A DNA stretch of 32,000 bases from Blochmannia endosymbiont of Camponotus modoc (GCF_023585785.1 NZ_CP097765.1:540001-572000); one strand, 5' to 3'; shown: positions 10,541-19,960, numbered from the stretch's first letter. Numbers and translations: made by a program. The notes: generated from the sequence alone by a model not told the origin.

Positions 10541-11914
10541 TTAATGTTGACCAGATTCAATATAGTTATCAAATCGAGAACATTGTCCGTTAAACATCAA
10601 TCGTATGGTGCCAATGGGACCATTCCGTTGTTTCCCTAAGATAATTTCAGCGATCCCTTTCATTTCACTATTTTCATGATACACTTCATCACGATAAATA
10701 AATAAAATAAGATCAGCATCTTGTTCAATTGCTCCGGATTCACGCAAATCTGAATTAACAGGATGCTTGTCAGTGCGTTGTTCTAAACCTCTGTTTAACT
10801 GAGAAATCGCTATGACTGGTACTTTCAATTCTTTAGCTAAAGCTTTTAACGATCGAGAAATTTCTGAAATTTCTAACGTGCGATTATTAGATAAAGACGG
10901 TACTCTCATTAATTGTAAATAATCAATCATAATTAAACTCAAACCATCATGTTCACGGAACAACCTGCGAGCCCGTCCACGCACTTCAGAAGGTGTCAAA
11001 CACGAGGAATCGTCAATATATATATTACGTTTTTCCAAAAGAAGTTCCATAGCACTAGTAATTCTTTCTCGATCTTCATTATTTAGTCGTCCCGTGCGAA
11101 TACGTACTTGATCAACTCGAGATAATGAAGCTAACATACGTATCATAATTTGATCACCAGGCATTTCTAAACTAAATATCAATACTGGTTTTTTTTCAGT
11201 CATTGCGGCATGTTCGCATAAATTCATAGCAAAAGCAGTTTTTCCCATAGAAGGTCGCGCGGCAATAATTATAAGATCAGATTTTTGTAAACCATCAGTT
11301 TTTTTATCCAGGTCTTTATATCCGCTAGAAACACCAGTAACACCGTATTTTGGTCTATTACATACCTGCTCAATATGAGCGACTGTTTTTTCTAAAATAT
11401 GATCTATTCCTTTTGGATTAAGATTATGATTGCTTTTACTATGTGAAATTTGAAAAATGAGAGATTCAGCTAAATCTAATAGCTCATCACTGCTTCGACC
11501 TTGAGGATTATATCCAGCGTCAGCAATTTTATTTGCTATAGAAATCATTGCGCGGATTACCGAGCGTTCGCGTACTATATCTGCATATGCAACTACATTA
11601 GCAGCACTGGGAACATTCTTTGATAATTCTGCTAAATACGCAAATCCTCCTACTAATTCCAATTTTCCTTGAATCTCTAAAGATTCTGACAGTGTTATTA
11701 AGTCAATAGGTTTATTTGTTTCCAATAAACGTTTCATTTCATTAAAAATAATTCGATGAGCATAATTAAAAAAATCATCAGAATTTACTTGTACTGATAT
11801 ATATTCCCATTGAGTATTATCTAACATTAAACCACCCAACACTGATTGTTCAGCTTCTAATGAATACGGTGGTATTTTCATATTATTTACTTGCTGATCA
11901 TGAGAAACATGCAT
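10541..11914 (-). CDS. dnaB: replicative DNA helicase DnaB
   Basis: Collinear with E. coli DnaB. Shared segments include PPYSLEAEQSVLGGLMLDN, Walker A AARPSMGKTAFAMN, IMIDYLQLM and IAISQLNR.LEQR.DK.P..SDLRESG.IEQDADLI.FIYRDEVY. I prefer the ATG at 11914 (MHVSHDQQ..., GGGGAAA about 11 nt upstream). The ORF-track start at 11956 is a TTG with no SD and would add 14 unconserved residues. Confidence 0.95.
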   Translation of the reverse strand: MHVSHDQQVNNMKIPPYSLEAEQSVLGGLMLDNTQWEYISVQVNSDDFFNYAHRIIFNEMKRLLETNKPIDLITLSESLEIQGKLELVGGFAYLAELSKNVPSAANVVAYADIVRERSVIRAMISIANKIADAGYNPQGRSSDELLDLAESLIFQISHSKSNHNLNPKGIDHILEKTVAHIEQVCNRPKYGVTGVSSGYKDLDKKTDGLQKSDLIIIAARPSMGKTAFAMNLCEHAAMTEKKPVLIFSLEMPGDQIMIRMLASLSRVDQVRIRTGRLNNEDRERITSAMELLLEKRNIYIDDSSCLTPSEVRGRARRLFREHDGLSLIMIDYLQLMRVPSLSNNRTLEISEISRSLKALAKELKVPVIAISQLNRGLEQRTDKHPVNSDLRESGAIEQDADLILFIYRDEVYHENSEMKGIAEIILGKQRNGPIGTIRLMFNGQCSRFDNYIESGQH

Positions 11915-12458
11915 TTTTAATATTTTCCCCGCATAAATTTCTATTTTCCTTAACAAGAAATATCTAAATTTTAAACACGAAAAATCATATTTCCACTATT
12001 ACAATACCATATAAAACACCCAAAACAATTACACTGATATAAATCATAAGACCGTATGTACAAACATCATGCGTACATACATTAGTTATTTAAAATATTA
12101 TAAATGAAATTAAAAAATACACTGTTGTATTAAACAATCTCAGCATTTTTATTAACGTAATTTGAAAATACTTACAGTTTATTAATGAATCAAAGACATA
12201 CAACACATAAACATCTATTATAGACAAAAAATAACATCGCTTATGTGTAATTATCCTGTAATATTATTCATATTCATTTACTGTAAACTGTATACTTATA
12301 GATGTAAAAGATATAATTAATTTATAAATCCATAATTTTTTATATACTATAAAATTAAGTTTTGAGCATCATCTTTTTCAGTACATACCTAATAATTTTT
12401 ATTTATACCTCCTATACTGATAGTAATATACACATATCATTAATAATTAAGGAACAGT

Positions 12459-12911
12459 ATGAATACTAATATCCAAAAAATATTAACCCAAATTAAAAAA
12501 CTATGCGCACAACGATGTGTGCGTTTGACACCACAACGCTTAGAAGTATTACGATTGATATCCCAATATAACGGAGCTATAAGCGCTTATGATTTACTAC
12601 ATTTACTGCGACAATCTTCACTACCTCATGCAAAACCTTCCACGATTTATCGTGCTTTAAACTTTCTGTTAGCACAAGGATTTATTCATCGTATTGAATC
12701 TACCAATAGTTTTATGTTATGCCGCTATTTTTTTGAATTATCACATAATTTTGCTTTCTTTATTTGTAAGAGTTGCAAACAAGTTACCGAACAAACGACA
12801 AAAGGAATCGAAGAAATTTTACAAAATACGGCTAAAATTACAGGATTTACTATGTTTAATAACATTGTTGAAGCACACGGATTATGTCCGAAATGTATTA
12901 ACCTTGAATGA
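12459..12911 (+). CDS. zur: zinc uptake regulator (Fur family)
   Basis: 150 aa. KKLCAQRCVRLTPQRLEVLRLISQYNGAISAYDLLHLL...KPSTIYRALNFLLAQGFIHRIESTNSF matches E. coli Zur. CxxC pairs are present (FICKSCKQ and GLCPKCI). SD AAGGAA lies upstream. It lacks the roughly 20-aa C-terminal tail of E. coli Zur. Confidence 0.9.
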   Translation: MNTNIQKILTQIKKLCAQRCVRLTPQRLEVLRLISQYNGAISAYDLLHLLRQSSLPHAKPSTIYRALNFLLAQGFIHRIESTNSFMLCRYFFELSHNFAFFICKSCKQVTEQTTKGIEEILQNTAKITGFTMFNNIVEAHGLCPKCINLE

Positions 12912-13000
12912 CGACCACATTTTAAATCCTAATTATTTTAATATGTGTAATGACATTAATAAAATCTTAATATATACGTCATCAATTAACGCAATAACAC

Positions 13001-13026
13001 ACATCAATTTAACTAAAAATTGATGT
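13001..13026. repeat. 10-bp perfect inverted repeat between convergent zur and ubiA (weak terminator candidate)
   Basis: ACATCAATTT (13001-13010) and AAATTGATGT (13017-13026) with a 6-nt loop. There is no flanking U-tract. At this length, chance occurrences are expected in 32 kb of AT-rich DNA, so only its position is suggestive. Confidence 0.3.
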
Positions 13027-13213
13027 TGCAACTATGTCCGTGTATTAGTACTAACTTAAACTAAAAATTATTAATGTTCATAATCTATAAAACTGCATAA
13101 AAATTAACCACAAACTTGTTATTAGTATTTGCTTACACACAGCAATCGTATTCATTTAAATACGTTTATCCCGCATACTCTTATTGTTTAAAGTGAAATT
13201 GATTATATTTAAA

Positions 13214-14086
13214 TTAATAGAAATGCGACGCAATACCTATGAAAATTAACATACCTACATAATTATTACTCAAAAAAGCCTGAAAACATCTTATTCGTTC
13301 TCTTTTGTTAATTAATATTTGTTGCCACATAAATAATATGATGACGCCAAATAATGAGAAAAAATAAAATACTACAGTAAATCGCTCCTTCCATCCAATA
13401 ATTCCCAATATAAATACAATACATAACTGTAATATTCCTATTAAAAATTTATCCATTTCACCAAACAATACAGCAGATGACTTTATTCCAACATATATAT
13501 CATCTTCTCTATCTATCATAGCATATTGCGTATCATATACTATTGTCCATACAGTATTCATTAGAAATAATAACCAAGCAGTACTATTTATAGGATTATT
13601 AATTGCAGTAAACGCCATTAAAATGGGCCAACTAAACAATATTCCTAACATTACTTGGGGAAAATAAGTATATCTTTTAAGATATGGATATATCCAAGAT
13701 AATATCAGAGCCACTACAGATAAAAAGATAGTAATAAAATTAAAATTTAAAACCAATATGAATGCGATAAAAAGGAGCATCGCTAACACCACTAATGCCT
13801 CTTTTTTCCTAATCATTCCAGCTGGTAAAGGACGTGCTTTAGTACGTTGAACATGGCTATCGATATCATAATCAATATAATCATTGATTATACAACCTGC
13901 AGAGCGCATACACAGCGCTCCGATAATAAACACTATCAAAACAACTTTTTCAGGAATACCTTTGTATGATAACCACAGCCCCCATAAAGTAGGCCATAGT
14001 AATAGAAAAAACCCAATAGGTTGATTAATACGCATTAACTGTGCTAGATTATAGCACTTTTTAATAAAAAAAAGCCTGTTTGACAT
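13214..14086 (-). CDS. ubiA: 4-hydroxybenzoate octaprenyltransferase
   Basis: Collinear with E. coli UbiA (290 aa). Shared segments include LMRINQPIGFFLLLWPTLWGLW, the prenyltransferase motif NDYIDYDIDSHVQRTKARPLP, YPYLKRYTYFPQV and YDTQYAMIDREDD. The ATG at 14086 (MSNRLF...) gives 290 aa. The ORF-track start at 14137 is a TTG that adds 17 unconserved residues. Confidence 0.93.
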   Translation of the reverse strand: MSNRLFFIKKCYNLAQLMRINQPIGFFLLLWPTLWGLWLSYKGIPEKVVLIVFIIGALCMRSAGCIINDYIDYDIDSHVQRTKARPLPAGMIRKKEALVVLAMLLFIAFILVLNFNFITIFLSVVALILSWIYPYLKRYTYFPQVMLGILFSWPILMAFTAINNPINSTAWLLFLMNTVWTIVYDTQYAMIDREDDIYVGIKSSAVLFGEMDKFLIGILQLCIVFILGIIGWKERFTVVFYFFSLFGVIILFMWQQILINKRERIRCFQAFLSNNYVGMLIFIGIASHFY

Positions 14087-14438
14087 AAAATTAGTAAATA
14101 ATATAATCGTTATAACTTTTACCAATAATACTATCAATGATAGATATCATTATCATAGTATATAGAATGGCATTGCGGATATTTATTTCACTTGTACTTC
14201 ATGAAATAACTACGTATTACTGTAATTGTATCCATTGCCAATTTGTTAAACCAATAAATATTGTGTCGTATACAATAGGAAGCAGACATGAAATATTTTT
14301 ATAAAAAACATGATCATACGATAGCAAAATATATCATGTATACATATGATCATCATAAAAAAATATAATTTTCTTTTTCTCTACATAGATTCTCTTAGAT
14401 AATACGAATTTTATCATTTTAATAATGGCGTATTTCTT

Positions 14439-16061
14439 ATGTCACATTTTCTCTTTAACTTAGAAATACACATCAGCATTATGTTGATTCTGGCATTGAT
14501 TCTCGTATTTATTTATGAAGCTATTAATGGTTTTCATGATACTGCTAATTCTGTAGTCACTGTAATTTATACCTGTGCGTTACGTTCTCATAGCGCAGTG
14601 TTAATGTCGGGAATATTTAATTTTTTAGGTGTAACACTGAGCGGTTTAAGTGTTGCATATACAATTATCCATTTACTTCCCACGCATTTTTTTATGAATG
14701 CCAATGCTAACCATATTTTAGCTATGATTTTTTCCACATTATTTGCAGCAATACTATGGAATCTTGGAACGTGGTATTTCAGGTTACCTACTTCTAGTTC
14801 TCATACTTTAATTGGAACATTAATTGGGATCGGATTAGTGCACGCAATTATTACACATTGCCCAATGATGCAAGGATTGAATATTCCAAAATTAATTAAT
14901 ATTTTTTTATCACTAATAATATCACCAATAATAGGTTTGACACTAGCTAGAATAATAATGTTAATATTATGTAGATACTGGAATAATAACAAAAAACATA
15001 AAAACATTCATATTACTCCAACTCAACAAACACAAAAATATGGAAGACCTCAACCATCATTATGGACTCGTATTATATTAATTTTATCTGCAGCTGGAGT
15101 TAGTTTTTCTCATGGAGCAAACGATGGGCAAAAAGGAATTGGGCTCATTATGTTACTGTTAATAGGAGTAGCTCCGGCAAACTTTACGCTAAATATGCAT
15201 GCTAGCAGTCATGAAATATCCCGTACTCGAAATGCCGTTAACAATTTTTATGAATATTACATTCAAAACTATAACAATTTTAAAACTATCATGCCATCAG
15301 AAATAACATCTATGCCTATATCATTAGCATTAAATCAACTACAAGTCATCGTTCCTTCCATTAAAGATTCTACGCAAATTTTTATAAATAACGATAACGT
15401 AACATATTTTAATAAATATTTATCTACCTCAGAAACAGAGATACAACTAAGAAAAATTTTTCATGATTTGTCACTAACTCTTACTATTATTAACAACGCT
15501 TTATTATTACTTGAAAATTTAGATAGTTATGCGCAATTAAATATAGATCAACGCTTCCAAATGAGACAATTACTCATATATATAGTAGATATTTTAGATC
15601 AAATCATAGTGCTTCCAGAAACCTCATATAAAAATAAAAATTTTCTAAAACATTTAAAAGAACATTTGCTGCACACAATTGAATACGCACCGACTTGGAT
15701 TATTTTAGCTGTTGCATTGTCATTATCTCTGGGAACAATCATTGGCTGGAAACGAGTTGCTACTACTATTGGTGAAAAAATAGGAAAAAAAGAAATGACT
15801 TACGCACAAGGTTTATCAGCCCAATTAACTACAGCTATTTCCATAGGTACAGCAAGTTATGCTGGTATGCCTGTTTCCACGACTCATGTGTTATCCTCAT
15901 CCATTACGGGAAGTATGCTAATTCGTGGATGGGGGGTGCAAGGAAAAACAATAAAAAATATATTAATAACTTGGTCATTAACTGTGCCTGTTTCTATCGT
16001 ACTAAGTGGGAGTTTTTATTGGGTTACATTACGATTATTACATAAATATATTCAAATATAA
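14439..16061 (+). CDS. pitA: low-affinity inorganic phosphate (metal-phosphate) transporter PitA
   Basis: 540 aa, PiT family. FIYEAINGFHDTANSV, WNLGTWYF.LP.SSSHTLIG, SFSHGANDGQKGIGLIM and GMPVSTTHVLSSS match E. coli PitA (499 aa). The central cytoplasmic loop is about 40 aa longer than in E. coli. Confidence 0.95.
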   Translation: MSHFLFNLEIHISIMLILALILVFIYEAINGFHDTANSVVTVIYTCALRSHSAVLMSGIFNFLGVTLSGLSVAYTIIHLLPTHFFMNANANHILAMIFSTLFAAILWNLGTWYFRLPTSSSHTLIGTLIGIGLVHAIITHCPMMQGLNIPKLINIFLSLIISPIIGLTLARIIMLILCRYWNNNKKHKNIHITPTQQTQKYGRPQPSLWTRIILILSAAGVSFSHGANDGQKGIGLIMLLLIGVAPANFTLNMHASSHEISRTRNAVNNFYEYYIQNYNNFKTIMPSEITSMPISLALNQLQVIVPSIKDSTQIFINNDNVTYFNKYLSTSETEIQLRKIFHDLSLTLTIINNALLLLENLDSYAQLNIDQRFQMRQLLIYIVDILDQIIVLPETSYKNKNFLKHLKEHLLHTIEYAPTWIILAVALSLSLGTIIGWKRVATTIGEKIGKKEMTYAQGLSAQLTTAISIGTASYAGMPVSTTHVLSSSITGSMLIRGWGVQGKTIKNILITWSLTVPVSIVLSGSFYWVTLRLLHKYIQI

Positions 16062-16492
16062 AACAAATAAAACATAAATAAAAAATTAAATAAACAAACT
16101 TTTAATATTGTTCTATATTTTTATTCAAAAGAAAATTCTTCATTTCAAATGATATTTTTAAAATAAAGAATTTTGTAAGTATTAAAAATAAATAATACTT
16201 ATTGCCATTCCGATTTATTAATTAACATTTTTATTGATAGATAACACGATTATCCAAATTTCTTTACACATGACTATCGAAATATCTGGTATGAAAACTA
16301 ATATGAAACAATCTTCGACATCAGTATATCGATAATTCTTTTAATAAATAATTCAAAAAATACACATATTATTTTAAAAAATAAAAACCTCACATTCTTT
16401 ATCTATAATAAGCATTAACAAACCTCAAGCTATCATTCTTAATTTAAGAACAATTCACACATAAAAATAATATTCTTAATAATTTATGCATA

Positions 16493-18565
16493 TTATATTG
16501 ACATGGAATGGTCAACAGAAACAGTAACCCCATAATATCTTAGCATAGGTTCTACTGTCATAGTTTGTGTACAAAATTTTACAAGACATTTTTCCAAATC
16601 GATAGTACCCCCCAACGAAAGGATGTCATTAAGAAATAATTTCCCTATTTTTGAATTAAAAATACCTAATTCTTGAAAACGACACCAAACGTTAGATGCC
16701 AACATATCTGCCCATAAATAACTATAATACCCCGCAGAATAATCATCAGAAAAAGCATGTAGAAAAGAGTTAGGAAAACGATCCCAATCCATTGAAAGAG
16801 GACGCGTTGATACTTGTTTTATTACTTCGTTAAATATTTTTAATGCACTCCTCTTTTCCCCTGGCATATATTCATGATGTATTCGTAAATCAAATAACCC
16901 ATATATCACTTGACGTAAAAGATAAGATGATGATTGATATGTTTTTGTTTTTAATAAACTATTTATTATATAATCAGGTAGCGGTTCTTTTGTTTGATAA
17001 TGCATAGAAATTAATTGTAATACACCAGGGTCCCAACAAAATTTTTCCATAAGTTGACTAGGTAATTCTACTGCATCCCAAGGTACTCCATTAACTCCAG
17101 ATATTTCCGGAATATCAATACGTGTCATGATATGATGTAGTACATGACCAAATTCATGAAACAAAGTCATCACATCCTGATGTGTTAACAAACATGGTGA
17201 TTTTTGATTCTCTGAACGATTAAAGTTACAAGTTAAGTATGCGATAGGTTTTTGACCAATAGTATTATTTCGATACATCTTACCTACTAACTCATCCATC
17301 CAAGCACCCTCACGTTTATCATCTCTGAGATATATATCTAAATAAAATCCTCCCATCCATCTATCTTCTTCATCAAAAATATCAAAAAATCGTACATCAG
17401 AATGCCATGTTTCTACATTAGAATGTTCTTTAATAGTAATTCCGTAAATACGGTTCACTACTGAAAACATTCCATGAAGTACTGTTTTTTCAGGAAAATA
17501 ACAACATAGTTCTTCATTTTTAATAGAAAAAAGATAGTGTTTCTGTTTCTCTCTATAATATGCAATATCCCATGGATTTAAAGACACACAAGAACATTTT
17601 TTTTTAGCAAAATTTTGTATTTCTAAAAATTCCTTATATTCATAAGAACGTATCTGGATAGATAAATTCATAAGAAAATTAAATACTTGTTTTGGACTCT
17701 GTACCATTCTTTTTGATAAAGATTTTTCAAGATAAGTGCTAAATCCTAATATTTTTGCTAACTCATAACGTAATGTAAGAATTTCATCCATTACTAAAGT
17801 ATTATCCCATTTTCCACTATTAGGTCCTTGATCAGAAGCACGAGTATTAAAAGCCCAATATAGCTCTTCTCTAAGTTCTTGGGTATCGCAATACAAAAGA
17901 ACTGCAGAATAACTAGGGTATTGCAGTGTAAATAACCACCCTTTTTCTCCACGAACTTGTGCTGCTAAACGAGCAAGTTTCAATGTATGTTCTGGTATCC
18001 CAGATAACAATTTTTTTTCAGTAATTAATTTGTTCCAACCTAGCGTTGCGTCAAATACATTATTAGCATAATTTGAACTTAATCGGGACAATCTAGAAGT
18101 TATATATGCATATATTTTTTTTTTCTGTGGAGATAAATAAATCCCCGATAATTTAAAATTATGTAAAATATTATTTAATACTTTTTTCTGTATTACGCTC
18201 AACTTTTGATAAGAATCTCCGTGTTGTAATGATTGATAAGATTTATACAATCCATCATGTTGATTAATCCAGTTTCTATATTCAGAAATAAATGACAAAC
18301 TTTCTTCATAAACCTTACGTAATTCTAAATTATGTTGTACAGAATTTAAATGTGTTATCGGAGACCAAATGCGTTGCAATTCATTTTCTGCAATCATCAA
18401 CGGATAATATAACGTATCCCAAGTTACACGTTTTTCAGATACAATCTGATCTACCGTATTATAACAATTAGTCAAAACCTTTTGTACAGCTTCTTTTACA
18501 TGATTTATCTTAATAGAAGAAAATGGAGGGAATATAGAATAATGTAATAATGGGTTATTATCCAT
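16493..18565 (-). CDS. prlC: oligopeptidase A (M3 family zinc metallopeptidase)
   Basis: 690 aa. The zinc motif is HEFGHVLHH. The N-terminus MDNNPLL...PPFSSIKINHV parallels E. coli PrlC (MTNPLLTPFELPPFSKILPEHV), and the length is similar (680 aa). Confidence 0.95.
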   Translation of the reverse strand: MDNNPLLHYSIFPPFSSIKINHVKEAVQKVLTNCYNTVDQIVSEKRVTWDTLYYPLMIAENELQRIWSPITHLNSVQHNLELRKVYEESLSFISEYRNWINQHDGLYKSYQSLQHGDSYQKLSVIQKKVLNNILHNFKLSGIYLSPQKKKIYAYITSRLSRLSSNYANNVFDATLGWNKLITEKKLLSGIPEHTLKLARLAAQVRGEKGWLFTLQYPSYSAVLLYCDTQELREELYWAFNTRASDQGPNSGKWDNTLVMDEILTLRYELAKILGFSTYLEKSLSKRMVQSPKQVFNFLMNLSIQIRSYEYKEFLEIQNFAKKKCSCVSLNPWDIAYYREKQKHYLFSIKNEELCCYFPEKTVLHGMFSVVNRIYGITIKEHSNVETWHSDVRFFDIFDEEDRWMGGFYLDIYLRDDKREGAWMDELVGKMYRNNTIGQKPIAYLTCNFNRSENQKSPCLLTHQDVMTLFHEFGHVLHHIMTRIDIPEISGVNGVPWDAVELPSQLMEKFCWDPGVLQLISMHYQTKEPLPDYIINSLLKTKTYQSSSYLLRQVIYGLFDLRIHHEYMPGEKRSALKIFNEVIKQVSTRPLSMDWDRFPNSFLHAFSDDYSAGYYSYLWADMLASNVWCRFQELGIFNSKIGKLFLNDILSLGGTIDLEKCLVKFCTQTMTVEPMLRYYGVTVSVDHSMSI

Positions 18566-18750
18566 ACAATAAAACCTAAAAATTAGTAACTATTATGTAG
18601 CCAATTTTGAAATCTTCCGTTGTATCGAATTTATATATGTAAACGGTACCTCGTACATCTGATAGTATACACTTATTTATCTATTACATGATCTTGATCG
18701 CAGTATCATTTCACATAAAAATTTAAATGAAAGTATATTATTGCTTTACA

Positions 18751-18824
18751 TCGGTGAGGAAGGATTTGAACCTTCGACCTATACGTCCCGAACGTATTGC
18801 GCTACCAAACTACGCTACTCACCG
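18751..18824 (-). tRNA. proK: tRNA-Pro (anticodon CGG)
   Basis: The minus strand reads CGGTGAG-TA-GCGT-AGTTTGGTA-GCGC-A-ATACG-TTCGGGA-CGTAT-AGGTC-GAAGG-TTCAAAT-CCTTC-CTCACCG-A. This folds as a clean cloverleaf with a 7-bp acceptor stem, a 5-bp anticodon stem, loop TT-CGG-GA and G37. It is close to E. coli proK. The 3' CCA is not encoded (the following bases are TGT). Confidence 0.92.
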
Positions 18825-19162
18825 TACGTACTATAAATATAATTATACATAACTCTGCGATTTAAATACGAATATTTTTTGCTTTCATTAATACAATTAA
18901 TAACAATAAAATCTAAAAATTACCAATTCATCTTATCAATAAAATAAGTCCTGAACGTATATTCGAATTATATTATTTATTATATCAAGTTTCATTAAAA
19001 ATTGATATATACATAAATACCATTTCAATAACGCAATTATTTTTATACATTTATTAATAAAAAATTTACTTGTATACATTATTTATTAATAAATGTATAA
19101 TTTGAATTGTTCTTAGAATTATTATTCTTTAATATTTACATAATTATGGAGAAATTTTTATT

Positions 19163-19780
19163 ATGAGTTTTATATTACCTTCTTTAACTTATTCATATGA
19201 TGCTTTAGAGCCATTTCTCGATGAGAAAACTATGAAGATTCATCATACAAAACACCATCAAGCATATATTGATAACGCCAATGCAGCACTAATTGATTTA
19301 CCTGAATTTTCCAATCTACCTGTCATAGAATTAATAAAAAAATTAAATCATTTACCTAATCACAAAAAAACTATATTACGTAACAATGCCGGAGGACATA
19401 TCAATCATAGCCTTTTTTGGAAGTATCTTAAAAAGAATACTACACTTCAAGGATCATTAAAAGATGCAATAGAATATAACTTTTCAAGTATCTCTTCTTT
19501 TAAAGATCATTTTGAAAAAACTGCTATCAGTCGTTTTGGATCTGGTTGGGTATGGCTCATAAAACAAAATGATATTTTATCTATAGTATCTACTGCCAAT
19601 CAAGATAACCCATTAATGGGAACAGATATCTCCGGAACAAATGGATATCCAATTCTTGGATTAGATGTGTGGGAACACGCTTATTATTTAAAATATCAAA
19701 ATCGGCGTTTAGACTATATTAGATCATTTTGGAATATAGTCAACTGGGATGAAGTATGCACACAATTTAATCAAGTATAA
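19163..19780 (+). CDS. sodA: Mn-type superoxide dismutase
   Basis: 205 aa. [52 protein letters not shown] and [17 protein letters not shown] match E. coli SodA almost position for position. SD GGAGAAA lies upstream. Confidence 0.97.
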   Translation: MSFILPSLTYSYDALEPFLDEKTMKIHHTKHHQAYIDNANAALIDLPEFSNLPVIELIKKLNHLPNHKKTILRNNAGGHINHSLFWKYLKKNTTLQGSLKDAIEYNFSSISSFKDHFEKTAISRFGSGWVWLIKQNDILSIVSTANQDNPLMGTDISGTNGYPILGLDVWEHAYYLKYQNRRLDYIRSFWNIVNWDEVCTQFNQV

Positions 19781-19887
19781 AAACGGTTATTAATTAACTA
19801 AGGTGGTCATAAGTTTTACATAAATATTAAAAACATCTGACCACTTTCTAGACTTCAATCAGTGTGTTGAGGTGAATGACCATTGAT

Positions 19888-19943
19888 CATTACTACTTCA
19901 GTAGCTAATAGAGAACGATCCATTAGCTACTGAAGTAGTAATG
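19888..19943. repeat. 22-bp perfect inverted repeat (long stem-loop); putative bidirectional terminator or structured RNA
   Basis: CATTACTACTTCAGTAGCTAAT (19888-19909) and ATTAGCTACTGAAGTAGTAATG (19922-19943) are exact reverse complements with a 12-nt loop (AGAGAACGATCC). It lies between convergent sodA (stop 19780) and glyS (stop 19961). No U-tract follows on either strand. Confidence 0.7.
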
Positions 19944-19960
19944 GATATACAGATGTACAT

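Noticed and set aside
11915-11956. N-terminal extensions given in the ORF track for dnaB (TTG 11956), ubiA (TTG 14137), gyrB (GTG 27656) and dnaN (29111)
   Set aside because: The extra residues have no counterpart in the E. coli orthologs. The internal ATG codons (11914, 14086, 27632, 29048) reproduce the ortholog lengths almost exactly (290, 804 and 367 aa for ubiA, gyrB and dnaN). The upstream starts are non-ATG and/or lack an SD.
12694-13023. 109-aa plus-strand ORF overlapping the 3' half of zur and extending into the spacer
   Set aside because: It is an out-of-frame overlap with the conserved zur reading frame. The translation has no recognisable similarity and is dominated by AT-rich codons.
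16251-16262. Near-matches to the DnaA box (TTATCCAAA at about 16254, TTATCCGTC at about 7119, GTGGATAAT inside ibpA at about 24908) as hints of an origin
   Set aside because: These are isolated single-mismatch hits scattered across the window, one of them inside a CDS. There is no cluster and no adjacent AT-rich 13-mer-type repeats distinguishable from the background. This is the number of near-matches expected by chance.
19064-19120. AT-rich imperfect palindrome TATACAT-N13-ATGTATA and the direct repeat TTATTAATAAA upstream of sodA, as a possible Fur box (E. coli sodA is Fur-regulated)
   Set aside because: It does not match the GATAATGATAATCATTATC consensus beyond generic AT-richness. Whether fur exists in this genome is unknown. 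It is indistinguishable from background composition.
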